Shown here: in pieces, positions 18,261-28,029 of the stretch | How the letters are laid out: each line of letters begins with the position of its first letter | How positions within the stretch are numbered: position 1 is the stretch's first letter | Assembly (NCBI GenBank): GCA_017428635.1 | Contig: JAFRQK010000046.1 | Location: 4,874 to 68,873, forward strand | Direction: 5' to 3' | Length of the DNA stretch: 64,000 nt | DNA from: Clostridia bacterium | Lineage (GTDB): Bacteria; Bacillota; Clostridia; Oscillospirales; CAG-272 | Position numbers and translations under genes: made by a program | The notes under the pieces: model-generated | Databases searched by the model: none | Told to the model about the DNA's origin: nothing | Seen by the model: the letters and a program-made list of their open reading frames with translations, nothing else

Positions 18261-19706
18261 ATGTTCAAATACGACCCGAAATCGCTCGTCGCGGACGAGT
18301 TCATCAACCACGAGGAGATCCTCGAAACGCTGAAATACGCGGACGAGAACAAAAACAATCTTCCTCTCATAGAGGAGATCCTCGACAAGGCGAGACCGCA
18401 GTATACCGATCACGGAACGTTCTGCCGGGGCCTTTCTCACCGCGAGGCGTCCGTTCTGCTCGCGTGCGAGGATCGTGACGTCATCGAGAAGACCTACGAG
18501 CTGTCGCGCGAGATCAAGCAGGCGTTCTACGGAAACAGGATCGTCATGTTCGCGCCTCTGTATCTCTCCAACTACTGCGTCAACGGGTGCGTCTACTGCC
18601 CTTACCACAAGGGAAACGACGGCATCGTGCGCAAAAAGCTTTCGCAGGAAGAGATAAAACAGGAAGTGATCGCGCTTCAGGATATGGGCCATAAAAGGCT
18701 CGCGATCGAGGCGGGCGAGGACCCGGTCAACAACCCGATCGAGTACATCCTCGATTCGATAAAGACGATCTATTCGATCAAGCACAAGAACGGGGCGATA
18801 AGACGCGTCAACGTCAACATCGCCGCGACCACCGTTGAGAATTACAGAAAACTCAAGGAAGCCGGGATCGGAACGTATATCCTCTTCCAGGAGACGTACC
18901 ACAAGGAGAGTTACGAAAAACTCCATCCGAAGGGGCCTAAACATAACTACAACTACCACACCGAGGCGATGGACCGCGCGATGGAGGGCGGCATCGACGA
19001 CGTGGGGCTCGGCGTTCTGTTCGGACTCGAACTGTACAGATACGAGTTCGCGGGGCTCCTGATGCACGCGGAGCACCTGGAGGCAGTCCACGGCGTCGGC
19101 CCGCACACGATCAGCGTACCGAGGATCAAACGGGCGGAGGGGATCGACCCCAACGTGTTCGACAACGGGATCTCGGACGAGACTTTCGCCCGCATCTGCG
19201 CCTTGATAAGGATCGCCGTTCCCTACACCGGAATGATCATCTCGACCAGAGAATCGCAGAAAGTCAGAGAGGCGGTCCTGCCTCTCGGCGTGTCGCAGAT
19301 CAGCGGCGCGTCGCGCACGTCCGTCGGCGGATACGCCGAAGAAGAACGGCCGACGGACACGGAGCAGTTCGACGTATCCGATCAGCGGACGCTCGACGAG
19401 GTCGTCAGATGGCTTATGGAAAACGGCCACATCCCGTCGTTCTGCACCGCCTGCTATCGCGAGGGACGGACGGGCGACCGCTTCATGGCGCTTTGCAAAT
19501 CGGGACAGATACAGAACTGCTGCCACCCGAACGCGCTCATGACGCTGAAAGAATATCTCACCGACTACGCGAGCGAGGAAACGCGCCGCGTCGGAGAAAA
19601 GTTGATCGCCGAGGAAGTCGAAAAGGTCCCGAACGAAAAAGTGAGACGGATCTGCAAGGAACGCCTTTACGAGATCGAGAACGGGACGCGCGACTTCAGA
19701 TTCTAA
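18261..19706 (+). CDS. hydG: [FeFe]-hydrogenase maturase HydG (radical SAM tyrosine lyase)
   Basis: I place the start at the ATG preceded by AGGAGAAAGA (MFKYDPKSLVADEFINHEEI). Radical SAM CVNGCVYCPY motif and a C-terminal Cys cluster (CTACYREGRTG...CHPN). Confidence 0.9.
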   Translation: MFKYDPKSLVADEFINHEEILETLKYADENKNNLPLIEEILDKARPQYTDHGTFCRGLSHREASVLLACEDRDVIEKTYELSREIKQAFYGNRIVMFAPLYLSNYCVNGCVYCPYHKGNDGIVRKKLSQEEIKQEVIALQDMGHKRLAIEAGEDPVNNPIEYILDSIKTIYSIKHKNGAIRRVNVNIAATTVENYRKLKEAGIGTYILFQETYHKESYEKLHPKGPKHNYNYHTEAMDRAMEGGIDDVGLGVLFGLELYRYEFAGLLMHAEHLEAVHGVGPHTISVPRIKRAEGIDPNVFDNGISDETFARICALIRIAVPYTGMIISTRESQKVREAVLPLGVSQISGASRTSVGGYAEEERPTDTEQFDVSDQRTLDEVVRWLMENGHIPSFCTACYREGRTGDRFMALCKSGQIQNCCHPNALMTLKEYLTDYASEETRRVGEKLIAEEVEKVPNEKVRRICKERLYEIENGTRDFRF

Positions 19707-19715
19707 GGAGGTCTT

Positions 19716-20906
19716 ATGAGCCTTAATTCCACACCGTCCGCCGACCGCGTCCACATCGCGTTTTTCGGACGCAGGAACGCGGGGAAATCGAGTCTTGTCA
19801 ACGCCGTGACGGGACAGGATCTCGCCGTTGTGTCGCCCGTGAGCGGGACGACGACCGACCCCGTCTTCAAAGCGATGGAACTTCTGCCGCTCGGTCCGGT
19901 CATGATCATCGACACGCCGGGATACGACGACGAGGGAGAACTCGGCGAGAAGCGCGTTGAGAAGACGAAACAAATACTCCGTAAGACCGACATAGCCGTC
20001 GTCGTGACGGACGCGAAAACCGGGATCGGTCCGACGGAGCGCGAACTGATCGCGCTCTTCGAGGAGCGCGGAGCGCCGTTTATTACGGTTTATACGAAAT
20101 CGGATCTTTACGGAGCGGGGGGCGAGACCGCCGTCAGTTCCGTGACGGGCGATGGGATCGAGGATCTGAAAAACCGTCTCGCCGCGCTCGGCGGGAAAGC
20201 GGCAGAGCCGTTTCCGATCGTTTCCGATCTGCTCGCCCCGGGCGACGTCGCCGCGCTCGTTATCCCGATCGACAAGGCCGCGCCTAAGGGTAGACTGATC
20301 CTGCCGCAGCAGCAGACGATCAGGGAGATACTCGACGCGGGCTGTTCCGCCCTCTGCGTGAGAGATACGGAGTTCGCGGATGCGATGAATAAGGTCACCC
20401 CTTCGATCGTGATATGCGACAGTCAGGTCTTCGCGAAAGTCGACGAGCTGACGCCGGAGGACGTACGGATGACTTCGTTCTCCGTTCTCATGGCGCGTCA
20501 CAAAGGAATTCTCGAGACGGCGACGCGCGGCGTCCTCGCGCTCGATACGCTGAAGGACGGCGACCGCGTGCTGATCTCGGAGGGATGCACGCACCACAGA
20601 CAATGCGACGACATCGGCTCGGTCAAACTGCCGCGGCTGATTCGGAAATATACGGGGGTCGAACCCGCGTTTGAGTTCACGTCGGGCGGGGAGTACCCAG
20701 ACGACGTTTCCGGCTATTCTCTCGTGATCCACTGCGGCGGATGCATGCTGAACGGCCGCGAGATGGCGTGGCGAATGAAGAACACGGACGAACAGAACGT
20801 GCCGTTCACAAACTACGGCGTCGCGATCGCGTACATGAACGGGATCCTGAAACGCGCGATCTCGGTTTTTCCCGATCTGAAAGAAACGGCAGAAAAGATG
20901 AAATAA
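19716..20906 (+). CDS. hydF: [FeFe]-hydrogenase maturation GTPase HydF
   Basis: GRRNAGKSSLVNAVTG P-loop, DTPG motif, and C-terminal CTHH...C cluster ligands. Confidence 0.9.
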   Translation: MSLNSTPSADRVHIAFFGRRNAGKSSLVNAVTGQDLAVVSPVSGTTTDPVFKAMELLPLGPVMIIDTPGYDDEGELGEKRVEKTKQILRKTDIAVVVTDAKTGIGPTERELIALFEERGAPFITVYTKSDLYGAGGETAVSSVTGDGIEDLKNRLAALGGKAAEPFPIVSDLLAPGDVAALVIPIDKAAPKGRLILPQQQTIREILDAGCSALCVRDTEFADAMNKVTPSIVICDSQVFAKVDELTPEDVRMTSFSVLMARHKGILETATRGVLALDTLKDGDRVLISEGCTHHRQCDDIGSVKLPRLIRKYTGVEPAFEFTSGGEYPDDVSGYSLVIHCGGCMLNGREMAWRMKNTDEQNVPFTNYGVAIAYMNGILKRAISVFPDLKETAEKMK

Positions 20907-20916
20907 TCGGATCACC

Positions 20917-20958
20917 GAAAAAAAGTTCCGCGGGGCTTTCGCCCCGCGGATCTTTTTT
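20917..20958. terminator. Bidirectional intrinsic terminator (hydF / trpB2)
   Basis: AAAAAAAGTTCCGCGGGGC-TTTC-GCCCCGCGGATCTTTTTT. Confidence 0.6.
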
Positions 20959-22333
20959 ATTTGTTTACCGGAGGAATGGTCGCGAAGCCCTTCGCGAGGT
21001 CTTCGTCGGTCGGGATGTAGTCGCTCATCACGCCGTCGTTGTACTTCTGGTACGCGACGAGGTCGAAGTAGCCGGTCCCGGTGAGGCCGAAGACGATGTT
21101 CTTGGGCTCGCCCGTCTCTTTGCACTTCAGCGCTTCGTCGACGGCGACTCTGATCGCGTGGCTGCTCTCGGGAGCCGGGAGGATGCCCTCGACACGGGCG
21201 AACTGTACCGCCGCGTCGAACACGTTCGTCTGCTCAACGCTCTTGGCTTCAATATAACCGTCTTCGTAAAGCTGGGAGATGATCGAGCTCATGCCGTGGT
21301 AGCGCAGACCGCCCGCGTGGTTCGGGGACGGGATGAAGTCGTGGCCGAGCGTGTACATCTTCGCGAGCGGACAGACCATGCCGGTGTCGCAGAAGTCGTA
21401 TACGTATTTGCCTCTGGTGAGCGACGGGCAGGACGCCGGTTCGACTGCGATGATGCGGTAGTCGTTCTCTCCGCGGAGCATCTCGCCCGCGAACGGAGAG
21501 ATGAGACCGCCGAGGTTGGAACCGCCGCCCGCGCATCCGATAATGATATCGGGTTTGACGCCGATCTTGTCGAACGCAGCCTTCGTCTCAAGACCGATCA
21601 CGGACTGGTGAAGGAGGACCTGGGCGAGAACGGAACCGAGGACGTATCTGTAGCCGTCGCTCGAGACCGCTTTTTCAACCGCCTCGGAGATCGCGCAGCC
21701 GAGAGAGCCGCCCGTTCCCGGGAATTCCTCATTGATCTTTCTGCCGATGTTCGTTTCCATCGACGGGGAGGGGGTGACGTCGGCGCCGTAGGTCCTCATG
21801 ACCTCGCGTCTGAACGGTTTCTGCTCGTAGGAGACCTTGACCATGTAGACCTTGCAGTCGAGGTCAAAGTACGAGCAAGCCATCGAAAGAGCCGTGCCCC
21901 ACTGACCCGCGCCGGTCTCGGTCGTGACGCCCTTGAGACCCTGCTTCTTTGCGTAGTAGGCCTGAGCGATCGCCGAGTTGAGTTTGTGGGAACCGGAGGT
22001 GTTGTTGCCCTCGAACTTGTAGTAGATGTGCGCCGGGGTGCCGAGCGCTTTTTCGAGGAAGTACGCTCTGACGAGCGGAGACGGACGGTACATCCTGTAA
22101 AAGTCTCTGATCTCGTCCGGAATGTCAAAATACGGGGTCACGTCGTCGAGTTCCTGCTCGGCGAGTTCACGGCAGAAAACTCCGGAGAGTTCCTCGACCG
22201 TCATCGGCTCAAGCGTGCCGGGGTTGAGCAGGGGCGCCGGCTTGTTTTTCATATCGGCGCGGACGTTATACCACTGCTTGGGCATCTCGCTCTCTTCCAA
22301 ATAGACTTTGTACGGGATCTTTTCGGTGCTCAT
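20957..22333 (-). CDS. trpB: TrpB-like PLP enzyme (tryptophan synthase beta, type 2)
   Basis: I use the internal ATG at 22333 (MSTEKIPYKVYLEESEMPKQWYNVRADM, the typical TrpB2 N-terminus). PLP lysine context GSHKLNSA. Confidence 0.9.
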   Translation of the reverse strand: MSTEKIPYKVYLEESEMPKQWYNVRADMKNKPAPLLNPGTLEPMTVEELSGVFCRELAEQELDDVTPYFDIPDEIRDFYRMYRPSPLVRAYFLEKALGTPAHIYYKFEGNNTSGSHKLNSAIAQAYYAKKQGLKGVTTETGAGQWGTALSMACSYFDLDCKVYMVKVSYEQKPFRREVMRTYGADVTPSPSMETNIGRKINEEFPGTGGSLGCAISEAVEKAVSSDGYRYVLGSVLAQVLLHQSVIGLETKAAFDKIGVKPDIIIGCAGGGSNLGGLISPFAGEMLRGENDYRIIAVEPASCPSLTRGKYVYDFCDTGMVCPLAKMYTLGHDFIPSPNHAGGLRYHGMSSIISQLYEDGYIEAKSVEQTNVFDAAVQFARVEGILPAPESSHAIRVAVDEALKCKETGEPKNIVFGLTGTGYFDLVAYQKYNDGVMSDYIPTDEDLAKGFATIPPVNK

Positions 22334-22424
22334 AGTAGTTCCTTTCCGCGGTATTACGCCGCTTTGACCGGGTTTTGAATTTCGGCTGCGCCGTACCCGG
22401 TTATTGACTTGTGATCGGGGTACC

Positions 22425-22690
22425 AAAAATAAAACCCTGTCCTGATAATCAGGACAGGGATCGAAATCTCTGCGGTACCACCTGAATTCATCCGGGATCG
22501 CCGGATGCTCTCTTCCGCGTACATACTATACGCTGTCCGCTGTAACGCGCGGCGCGCGTCTTCCCTACCCCCTTCCGGGATCGGGTCGCCCTCACGGGTC
22601 CATTCGTCCGGCATCCGTCACCGCCTCGCACTGACCGGCGGCTCCCTTGAGACGTCACGCTGGATTACTACTCCCGCTCATCGGTTTACG
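22425..22690 (-). promoter_or_regulatory. T-box leader, probable Trp specifier (UGG)
   Basis: Minus strand carries the T-box sequence AATTCAGGTGGTACCGCAG, followed by terminator CCCTGTCCTGATTATCAGGACAGGGTTTTATTTTT. A GAA-UGG-A specifier-like triplet sits at 22602..22600. Confidence 0.75.
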
Positions 22691-22695
22691 GCTTT

Positions 22696-22724
22696 ATTAT
22701 AAACCCGCGTTTTTTATTTGTCAA
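22696..22724 (-). promoter_or_regulatory. Putative sigma-A promoter of the T-box/trpB2 unit
   Basis: Minus strand reads TTGACA-17 nt-TATAAT. The -35 box overlaps the last codons of aroQ. Confidence 0.5.
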
Positions 22725-23172
22725 GCGCAGTTTGCGATTTTTTATTCAGCAAATCGTATAAAAATCTCATCGCTTCGGCGTATCCTTCAAGTCCAAGTCC
22801 GACAAAAGAGGTCTCACACGCCGCCCTGACGTAGGAGATCTGTCTGAAAGATTCGCGCTTGCTGACGTCGGAGATATGGACCTCGACCGCGGGCAATCCG
22901 ACAGCTTTCAAAGCATCGAGGATCGCGACTGACGTGTGCGTGTACGCCGCGGGATTTATGACTATCCCGTCGGCATCGTAATATGCCTCACCTATTTTAT
23001 CGACGATATCGCCCTCGTGGTTCGACTGGAAGACCTCGACTTCGACGCCGAGTTCTCCGCCCGTTTCGTTTATCAGATCGACGAGGTCGGCGTACGTTTT
23101 TTTGCCGTATATCTCCGGCTCACGTATGCCGAGCAGGTTGAGGTTCGGTCCGTTTATGACGAGTATTTTCAT
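22714..23172 (-). CDS. aroQ: Type II 3-dehydroquinate dehydratase
   Basis: MKILVINGPNLNLLGIREPEIYG...; 152 aa. Confidence 0.95.
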   Translation of the reverse strand: MKILVINGPNLNLLGIREPEIYGKKTYADLVDLINETGGELGVEVEVFQSNHEGDIVDKIGEAYYDADGIVINPAAYTHTSVAILDALKAVGLPAVEVHISDVSKRESFRQISYVRAACETSFVGLGLEGYAEAMRFLYDLLNKKSQTALDK

Positions 23173-23173
23173 C

Positions 23174-24400
23174 TTATCCTCCGAGTTTTTCGATTATCAG
23201 ATCCGCGGTTTTTTGGGGATCTCCGTCGTTCGGAACGGCGAAGTCGCTTATCGCTTCGTAAAGAGGAGCGCGCTCGGCGAGCATTTTTTCAAGGTCGGCG
23301 TCCGCCGAGAGCGGTCTTCCCTCTCTCGCGAGGTTTTCGGTCTTTCGAGTGAGGTAAACGACCGTGCCGTTCTGGCGGAGCGGATCGAAGTTGTCGGCGC
23401 GCTTTACGATCCCGCCGCCCGTCGTTACGACGGTCGAGGTGAGTTTGCCGGCGGCTTTCGCGGCGTCCGTTTCGAGTTCGCGGAACTTATCTTCTCCGTA
23501 TTTTTCAAAAATCGCGGGAATGCTCTGCCCTGCGGTCTTTTCGATCGTCTCGTCCGTATCGACAAGCTTTTTTCCGAGCTTGCCCGCAAGGATCGCCCCG
23601 ACAGTCGTTTTACCGCAGCCGGGCATACCGACGAGGACGACGTTTCCGACTTCTCTTTTAAGCGCGCCGTATACTTCGTCGATCACGGCGTCGTCTTTTT
23701 CTGCCCCGAGGAAAAGGTCGGAGCTCTTTTTCGCCTGTGCGACGAGCATATAAAGCCCGCCGGCGCAAGGGACCGAAAGGCGTTCCGCGTCGAGGAGAAG
23801 TTTCGTCCTCAGCGGATTGAAAATGAGGTCGAACACGCCTGAAAGGCGCGGGAAAAGCGAAAGATCGACCGGCGAGACGCCGTTGCCGGGGTACATTCCG
23901 ATGGGCGTCGCGTTGACGATTATTTCAGCATCGGCGTGGAGGCCTAAGTTCCCGTAATTGTTTTCTCCGCGGCGCGATACCGTGACGATATCACGCGCCC
24001 CGAGGTCGGAGAGGACCGCGCGGACGGCTCCCGCCGCTCCGCCGTCTCCGAGAACGAGACATTTCTTTTGCCGGAGCGCGATACCGCTTTTCAGAACGGT
24101 TTTGAGAAAGCCGTAATAATCGGTGTTGTCGCCGTATATCTTCCCGTTCCGATGAACGAGCGTGTTCACCGAACCGCACTTTTCAGCGGTCGCGGAGACC
24201 TCGTCGGCGAGACGGTAAGCCGTTTTTTTGTACGGGATCGTTACGTTGAGTCCGTCCCATTCGCCCGAGAGAATGAATTTTTCCGCTTCATCCGGTCCTC
24301 TTTCAAAAAGCGAGTAGCCGTAACCGCCGAGAAGGCGGTGGATCTTCGGAGAGTGGCTGTGAGAAAGCGTTCTTCCGAGCAGACCGAAACGATAAGTCAT
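23174..24400 (-). CDS. aroE/aroK: Fused shikimate dehydrogenase / shikimate kinase
   Basis: I use the ATG at 24400 (MTYRFGLLGRTLSHSHSPKIH, an AroE signature). The C-terminal half has the GMPGCGKTTVG P-loop of AroK. ATGA overlap with chorismate mutase. Confidence 0.9.
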   Translation of the reverse strand: MTYRFGLLGRTLSHSHSPKIHRLLGGYGYSLFERGPDEAEKFILSGEWDGLNVTIPYKKTAYRLADEVSATAEKCGSVNTLVHRNGKIYGDNTDYYGFLKTVLKSGIALRQKKCLVLGDGGAAGAVRAVLSDLGARDIVTVSRRGENNYGNLGLHADAEIIVNATPIGMYPGNGVSPVDLSLFPRLSGVFDLIFNPLRTKLLLDAERLSVPCAGGLYMLVAQAKKSSDLFLGAEKDDAVIDEVYGALKREVGNVVLVGMPGCGKTTVGAILAGKLGKKLVDTDETIEKTAGQSIPAIFEKYGEDKFRELETDAAKAAGKLTSTVVTTGGGIVKRADNFDPLRQNGTVVYLTRKTENLAREGRPLSADADLEKMLAERAPLYEAISDFAVPNDGDPQKTADLIIEKLGG

Positions 24401-24675
24401 TGGTTCGGGTCCCCCTCGATCAGCGACTGCTGATAGGATCTGCTTATCTCGAAAATGCGTGCGTACAGTTCCGTCACGTAACGCCCGAGTCCGGGACCGC
24501 ACATCTCGGCGATCTCTGCGAGCTTTTGACTTTCGCGGAGCGGATCGCAGACCGGGACGCAGTTTTCTTTCTTATATTCCGCGATCTCTGAAGCGATCCT
24601 CAGCCTTTTCTCGAACAGGGGGACGAGTTCCCCGTCGATCGCGTCGATCTTTTCTCTCAGTTCGTTAATATCCAT
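24397..24675 (-). CDS. Chorismate mutase (AroQ class, CM_2)
   Basis: 92 aa starting MDINELREKIDAIDGELVPLFEKRLRIASEIAEYK. Confidence 0.85.
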   Translation of the reverse strand: MDINELREKIDAIDGELVPLFEKRLRIASEIAEYKKENCVPVCDPLRESQKLAEIAEMCGPGLGRYVTELYARIFEISRSYQQSLIEGDPNQ

Positions 24676-24678
24676 ATC

Positions 24679-25698
24679 TTACTCCGTTTTGAGAATTCGC
24701 CCCTCGGTCAAAAGAGCGTCGAGAATTGCGATCGCGCACGCGGCCTCGACCGCGGGGACCGCGCGGAGGACGACGCACGGGTCGTGGCGTCCTTTGACGG
24801 TCAGTTTCACGTTCTCGAGAGTCGAAAGGTCGACGCTGTCCTGTTCTTTTGCTATCGACGGCGTCGGCTTGAACGCCGCCCTGAACACGAGAGGCGCGCC
24901 GGACGTGATCCCGCCGAGGATCCCGCCGTGATCGTTCTTTGTCGTTACTACCATGCCGTTTTCCACGGCAAACGGATCGTTGTTTTCGGAACCGCGCATC
25001 CTCGCCGCGGCGAAACCCGCGCCGAATTCGATCCCTTTAACCGCGGGGATCGCGAAAACGGCTGAGGAAATAAGTCCTTCCATTCCGCCGAAAAGCGGTC
25101 CTCCGACGCCTGCGGGCATTCCTTCGACCGTGCATTCGACGACGCCGCCGACGGAGTCGCCGTCCGCTTTCGCTTTGGCTATTTCTTCTTTCATCGCGTC
25201 GACGTCGCCCGCGACGCCTCCGATCTCGACCGGCTTTGCGTGAACGGAGATACCGTTCTTTGAAAGAAGTCCGATCGCGAGGGCGCCCGCGACGCAGAGC
25301 GGAGCGGTCATCCTGCCCGAAAACGGTCCGCCGCCCGCCATATCGTATCCGTCGCCGTATTTTACGCGCGCCGCGTAGTCGGCGTGGCCGGGACGGGGCA
25401 CGTTTTTCACGTTATCGTAGTCGGACGGGCGTATATCGCGGTTCTTTATTTCCGCTTTTATCACGCCGCCGGTAGTGACGCCGTTTTCGACGCCCGAGAG
25501 GAATTCGGGAATATCGTCCTCGCGGCGAGCGGTCGAGAGCGGGTCTTTTCCGGGCGCGCGGCGGCTCATAAATTCTGCAAGAGCGTCCGCGTCGATCCGG
25601 TATCCCGCGGGGAATCCGTCGATATCGGTCCCGACAGACGGCGCGTGGGACTGCCCCCACACCGTCACCCGGAGCGTCTGTCCGAAAGAACTCTTCAT
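24679..25698 (-). CDS. aroC: Chorismate synthase
   Basis: FGQTLRVTVWGQSHAPSVG...RPGHADY signatures. Confidence 0.95.
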   Translation of the reverse strand: MKSSFGQTLRVTVWGQSHAPSVGTDIDGFPAGYRIDADALAEFMSRRAPGKDPLSTARREDDIPEFLSGVENGVTTGGVIKAEIKNRDIRPSDYDNVKNVPRPGHADYAARVKYGDGYDMAGGGPFSGRMTAPLCVAGALAIGLLSKNGISVHAKPVEIGGVAGDVDAMKEEIAKAKADGDSVGGVVECTVEGMPAGVGGPLFGGMEGLISSAVFAIPAVKGIEFGAGFAAARMRGSENNDPFAVENGMVVTTKNDHGGILGGITSGAPLVFRAAFKPTPSIAKEQDSVDLSTLENVKLTVKGRHDPCVVLRAVPAVEAACAIAILDALLTEGRILKTE

Positions 25699-26957
25699 CT
25701 TAAATCCTCCGTTATCTTCACGTCGCCGCGGAGTTTTTGAAAGTCGTCCCAGAATCCGGGATACGATTTTGCGACCGACTCCGCCCCGGAAAGCGTGATC
25801 TTCCCAGAGCGGACCGAAGCAACGGCGACAGCCATCGCTATGCGGTGATCGGAAAACGAATCGGCCGCGCCGCCGGGAAGTTTTTCTTTGCCGTGAATGA
25901 GAAGACCGTCTTCGGTCTCTTTGATGTCCGCGCCGAGCGCGCCGAGCGAAGAGGCGAGCGCCGCGAGGCGGTCGGATTCCTTTGCCCTGAGGCGCGACGC
26001 GCCTCGGACGACCGTCACGCCTTTCGATACCGCCGCGAGCGCGGCGACCGGCGGGACGAGATCGGGAATATCAGCCGCGTCGAGTTCAATACCGTGAAGA
26101 TCGCAGCCCGAGGCGGTAACGGCGCCGTCTTTGATCTCAACGGACGCCCCCATCCTGCGAAGAATATCGACGATCGCGCGGTCGCCCTGACGCGACGACG
26201 GCGACAGCCCGTCGATGGTTATCCCGCCGCACGCTGCACCTGCGCAGAGCCAGAACGCCGCTCCCGACCAGTCGCCTTCGACGCTGACCGAGCCGGGACT
26301 TTTGAGTTTTCCGGAAACGGAGATCGTCCCGTCTTTGAATTCCGTGCCGATACCGAAACGCGAGAGCGTGTCGAGCGTCATTTCAATATAACCCGCGGAC
26401 TCGGTTTTGCCGGTAAGACGGACGTATCCGCCGCCCGTGACGGCGAGAGCAAAGAGAATGCCGGAAATATACTGTGAGGAGACGTCCGCGCGGATCGCGT
26501 ATTCGTTCCCCGTGAGTTTTCCGCCGACGCGCAGGACACCTTTTTTCGGAGTTTCAAACTTCGCGCCGTGAGCCGCGAGCGCCTCGATCAGCGGCTCCAT
26601 CGGACGGCTTCCCAGCCGTCCCTCCGTTATGAAATCCGCCGTGACGCCGAGCGACGCCGCAACGGGTACGAGAAAGCGGAAAGTCGAACCGCTCTGCCCG
26701 ACGAAAAGTTCCGTCCTATCGGGAGTTGACTTTGCGGGAGTGACGGTGACGCCGTCATCATTTCGCTCGATACCGACGCCGAGCGCGGAAAGGCAGCGGA
26801 GCGTCGCTCCGACGTCGTCGGGCAGTTCTCCGCAAGCCGAGATCCGCGTCGGCCCGTCGGCAAACGCCGAGCAGATCATGACGCGGTGCATATCCGATTT
26901 TGACGGTACGGCGGAGACGGCCCCCGAGAGCGGTCCGCCTTTGATCATGACTGTCAT
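25695..26957 (-). CDS. aroA: 3-phosphoshikimate 1-carboxyvinyltransferase (EPSP synthase)
   Basis: 420 aa with PSKSDMHR, LFVGQSGSTFRF and DHRIAMA motifs. Confidence 0.95.
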   Translation of the reverse strand: MTVMIKGGPLSGAVSAVPSKSDMHRVMICSAFADGPTRISACGELPDDVGATLRCLSALGVGIERNDDGVTVTPAKSTPDRTELFVGQSGSTFRFLVPVAASLGVTADFITEGRLGSRPMEPLIEALAAHGAKFETPKKGVLRVGGKLTGNEYAIRADVSSQYISGILFALAVTGGGYVRLTGKTESAGYIEMTLDTLSRFGIGTEFKDGTISVSGKLKSPGSVSVEGDWSGAAFWLCAGAACGGITIDGLSPSSRQGDRAIVDILRRMGASVEIKDGAVTASGCDLHGIELDAADIPDLVPPVAALAAVSKGVTVVRGASRLRAKESDRLAALASSLGALGADIKETEDGLLIHGKEKLPGGAADSFSDHRIAMAVAVASVRSGKITLSGAESVAKSYPGFWDDFQKLRGDVKITEDLR

Positions 26958-26973
26958 ATCGTTCTCCGGCAGG

Positions 26974-28029
26974 TCACACGCCCGCCCTCATAAGTTCGTA
27001 CAGTTTTTCTTTGCTCATCGGGACGAGTCTGCACTTCCCGATCTTCTCGGGAATAACGACGGTCGTTTCGTCGCCGCGTCTTTTTTTGTCGTGCGTCATC
27101 GCGTCGAAAACCGCGTCGGGGTCGAGCGGCGCGGGGCACGCGACGGGCAGGGACAACCTTTCAAGAGCCGATACGATCGCGGCGGCGGTCCCTTTTTCGC
27201 AAAGACCGAGTTTCCCCGCGCCGCGTGCGACCGTCGCCGTACCGATAGCTACGGCGGCTCCGTGTGAGATACTGAAACCGCTCGCCCTCTCTACGCCGTG
27301 GCCGAACGTGTGGCCGAGGTTCAAAAGGGCGCGTTCGCCGAGATCGAACTCGTCGCGGCGGACGATATCCGCCTTGATCGAGATACATTCGGATATCACG
27401 TATTCCCTGTCGAATCCTTTTCCTTTTTCGTTTATGTGGGAAAACAGTTCGGGCGAGGTGATAATACCGTATTTGAGCGCCTCGGCGCATCCCTCCGAGA
27501 AGACTTCCGGCGTCAGCGTATCGAGCGCGTCGGGATCGCAGACGACTGCGGCGGGCTGGTGAAAAGCGCCCGCGAGGTTTTTGCCCGCTTCAAGATCGAT
27601 CGCGCATTTTCCTCCGACGGACGAATCGACCGCCGAGAGGAGCGTGGTCGGTATCTGCGCGTACTTTATCCCGCGAAGATACGACGCGGCGGCGAAGCCT
27701 GTGATATCGCCGACCACCCCGCCGCCCAGCGCGATCGCGATATCGGATCGGCACAGCGAGCGTGAGGCGAAAAATTCGAGTATTTCAAGGAACGTTTTTC
27801 CGTTTTTCGACCTTTCGCCGTGAGGAAAAGTAAAGGATACGACGCGCAGACCCGTACTTTCGAGCGATCTGACGACTCTTTGTCCGTAAAGCGAAAAGAC
27901 CGTGTCGTCGGAAACGACGGCGGCGATCTTCGCGCCGCGCGCCGGGATGAATTCACCCGCGCGGTCGAGAATACCGCGCCCGATCACGACGTCGTACGGA
28001 GCCGACGCCTCAACTCTTACCGTCTTCAT
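26974..28029 (-). CDS. aroB: 3-dehydroquinate synthase
   Basis: 351 aa with GGGVVGDITGFAAASYLRGI and LNLGHTFGH motifs. Confidence 0.95.
   Translation of the reverse strand: MKTVRVEASAPYDVVIGRGILDRAGEFIPARGAKIAAVVSDDTVFSLYGQRVVRSLESTGLRVVSFTFPHGERSKNGKTFLEILEFFASRSLCRSDIAIALGGGVVGDITGFAAASYLRGIKYAQIPTTLLSAVDSSVGGKCAIDLEAGKNLAGAFHQPAAVVCDPDALDTLTPEVFSEGCAEALKYGIITSPELFSHINEKGKGFDREYVISECISIKADIVRRDEFDLGERALLNLGHTFGHGVERASGFSISHGAAVAIGTATVARGAGKLGLCEKGTAAAIVSALERLSLPVACPAPLDPDAVFDAMTHDKKRRGDETTVVIPEKIGKCRLVPMSKEKLYELMRAGV

Noticed and set aside
18129-21125. 998-aa ORF on the minus strand
   Set aside because: It is antisense to hydG and hydF, which have unmistakable motifs. Its Arg/Val/Asp-rich low-complexity translation is typical of spurious open frames in G+C-rich DNA.
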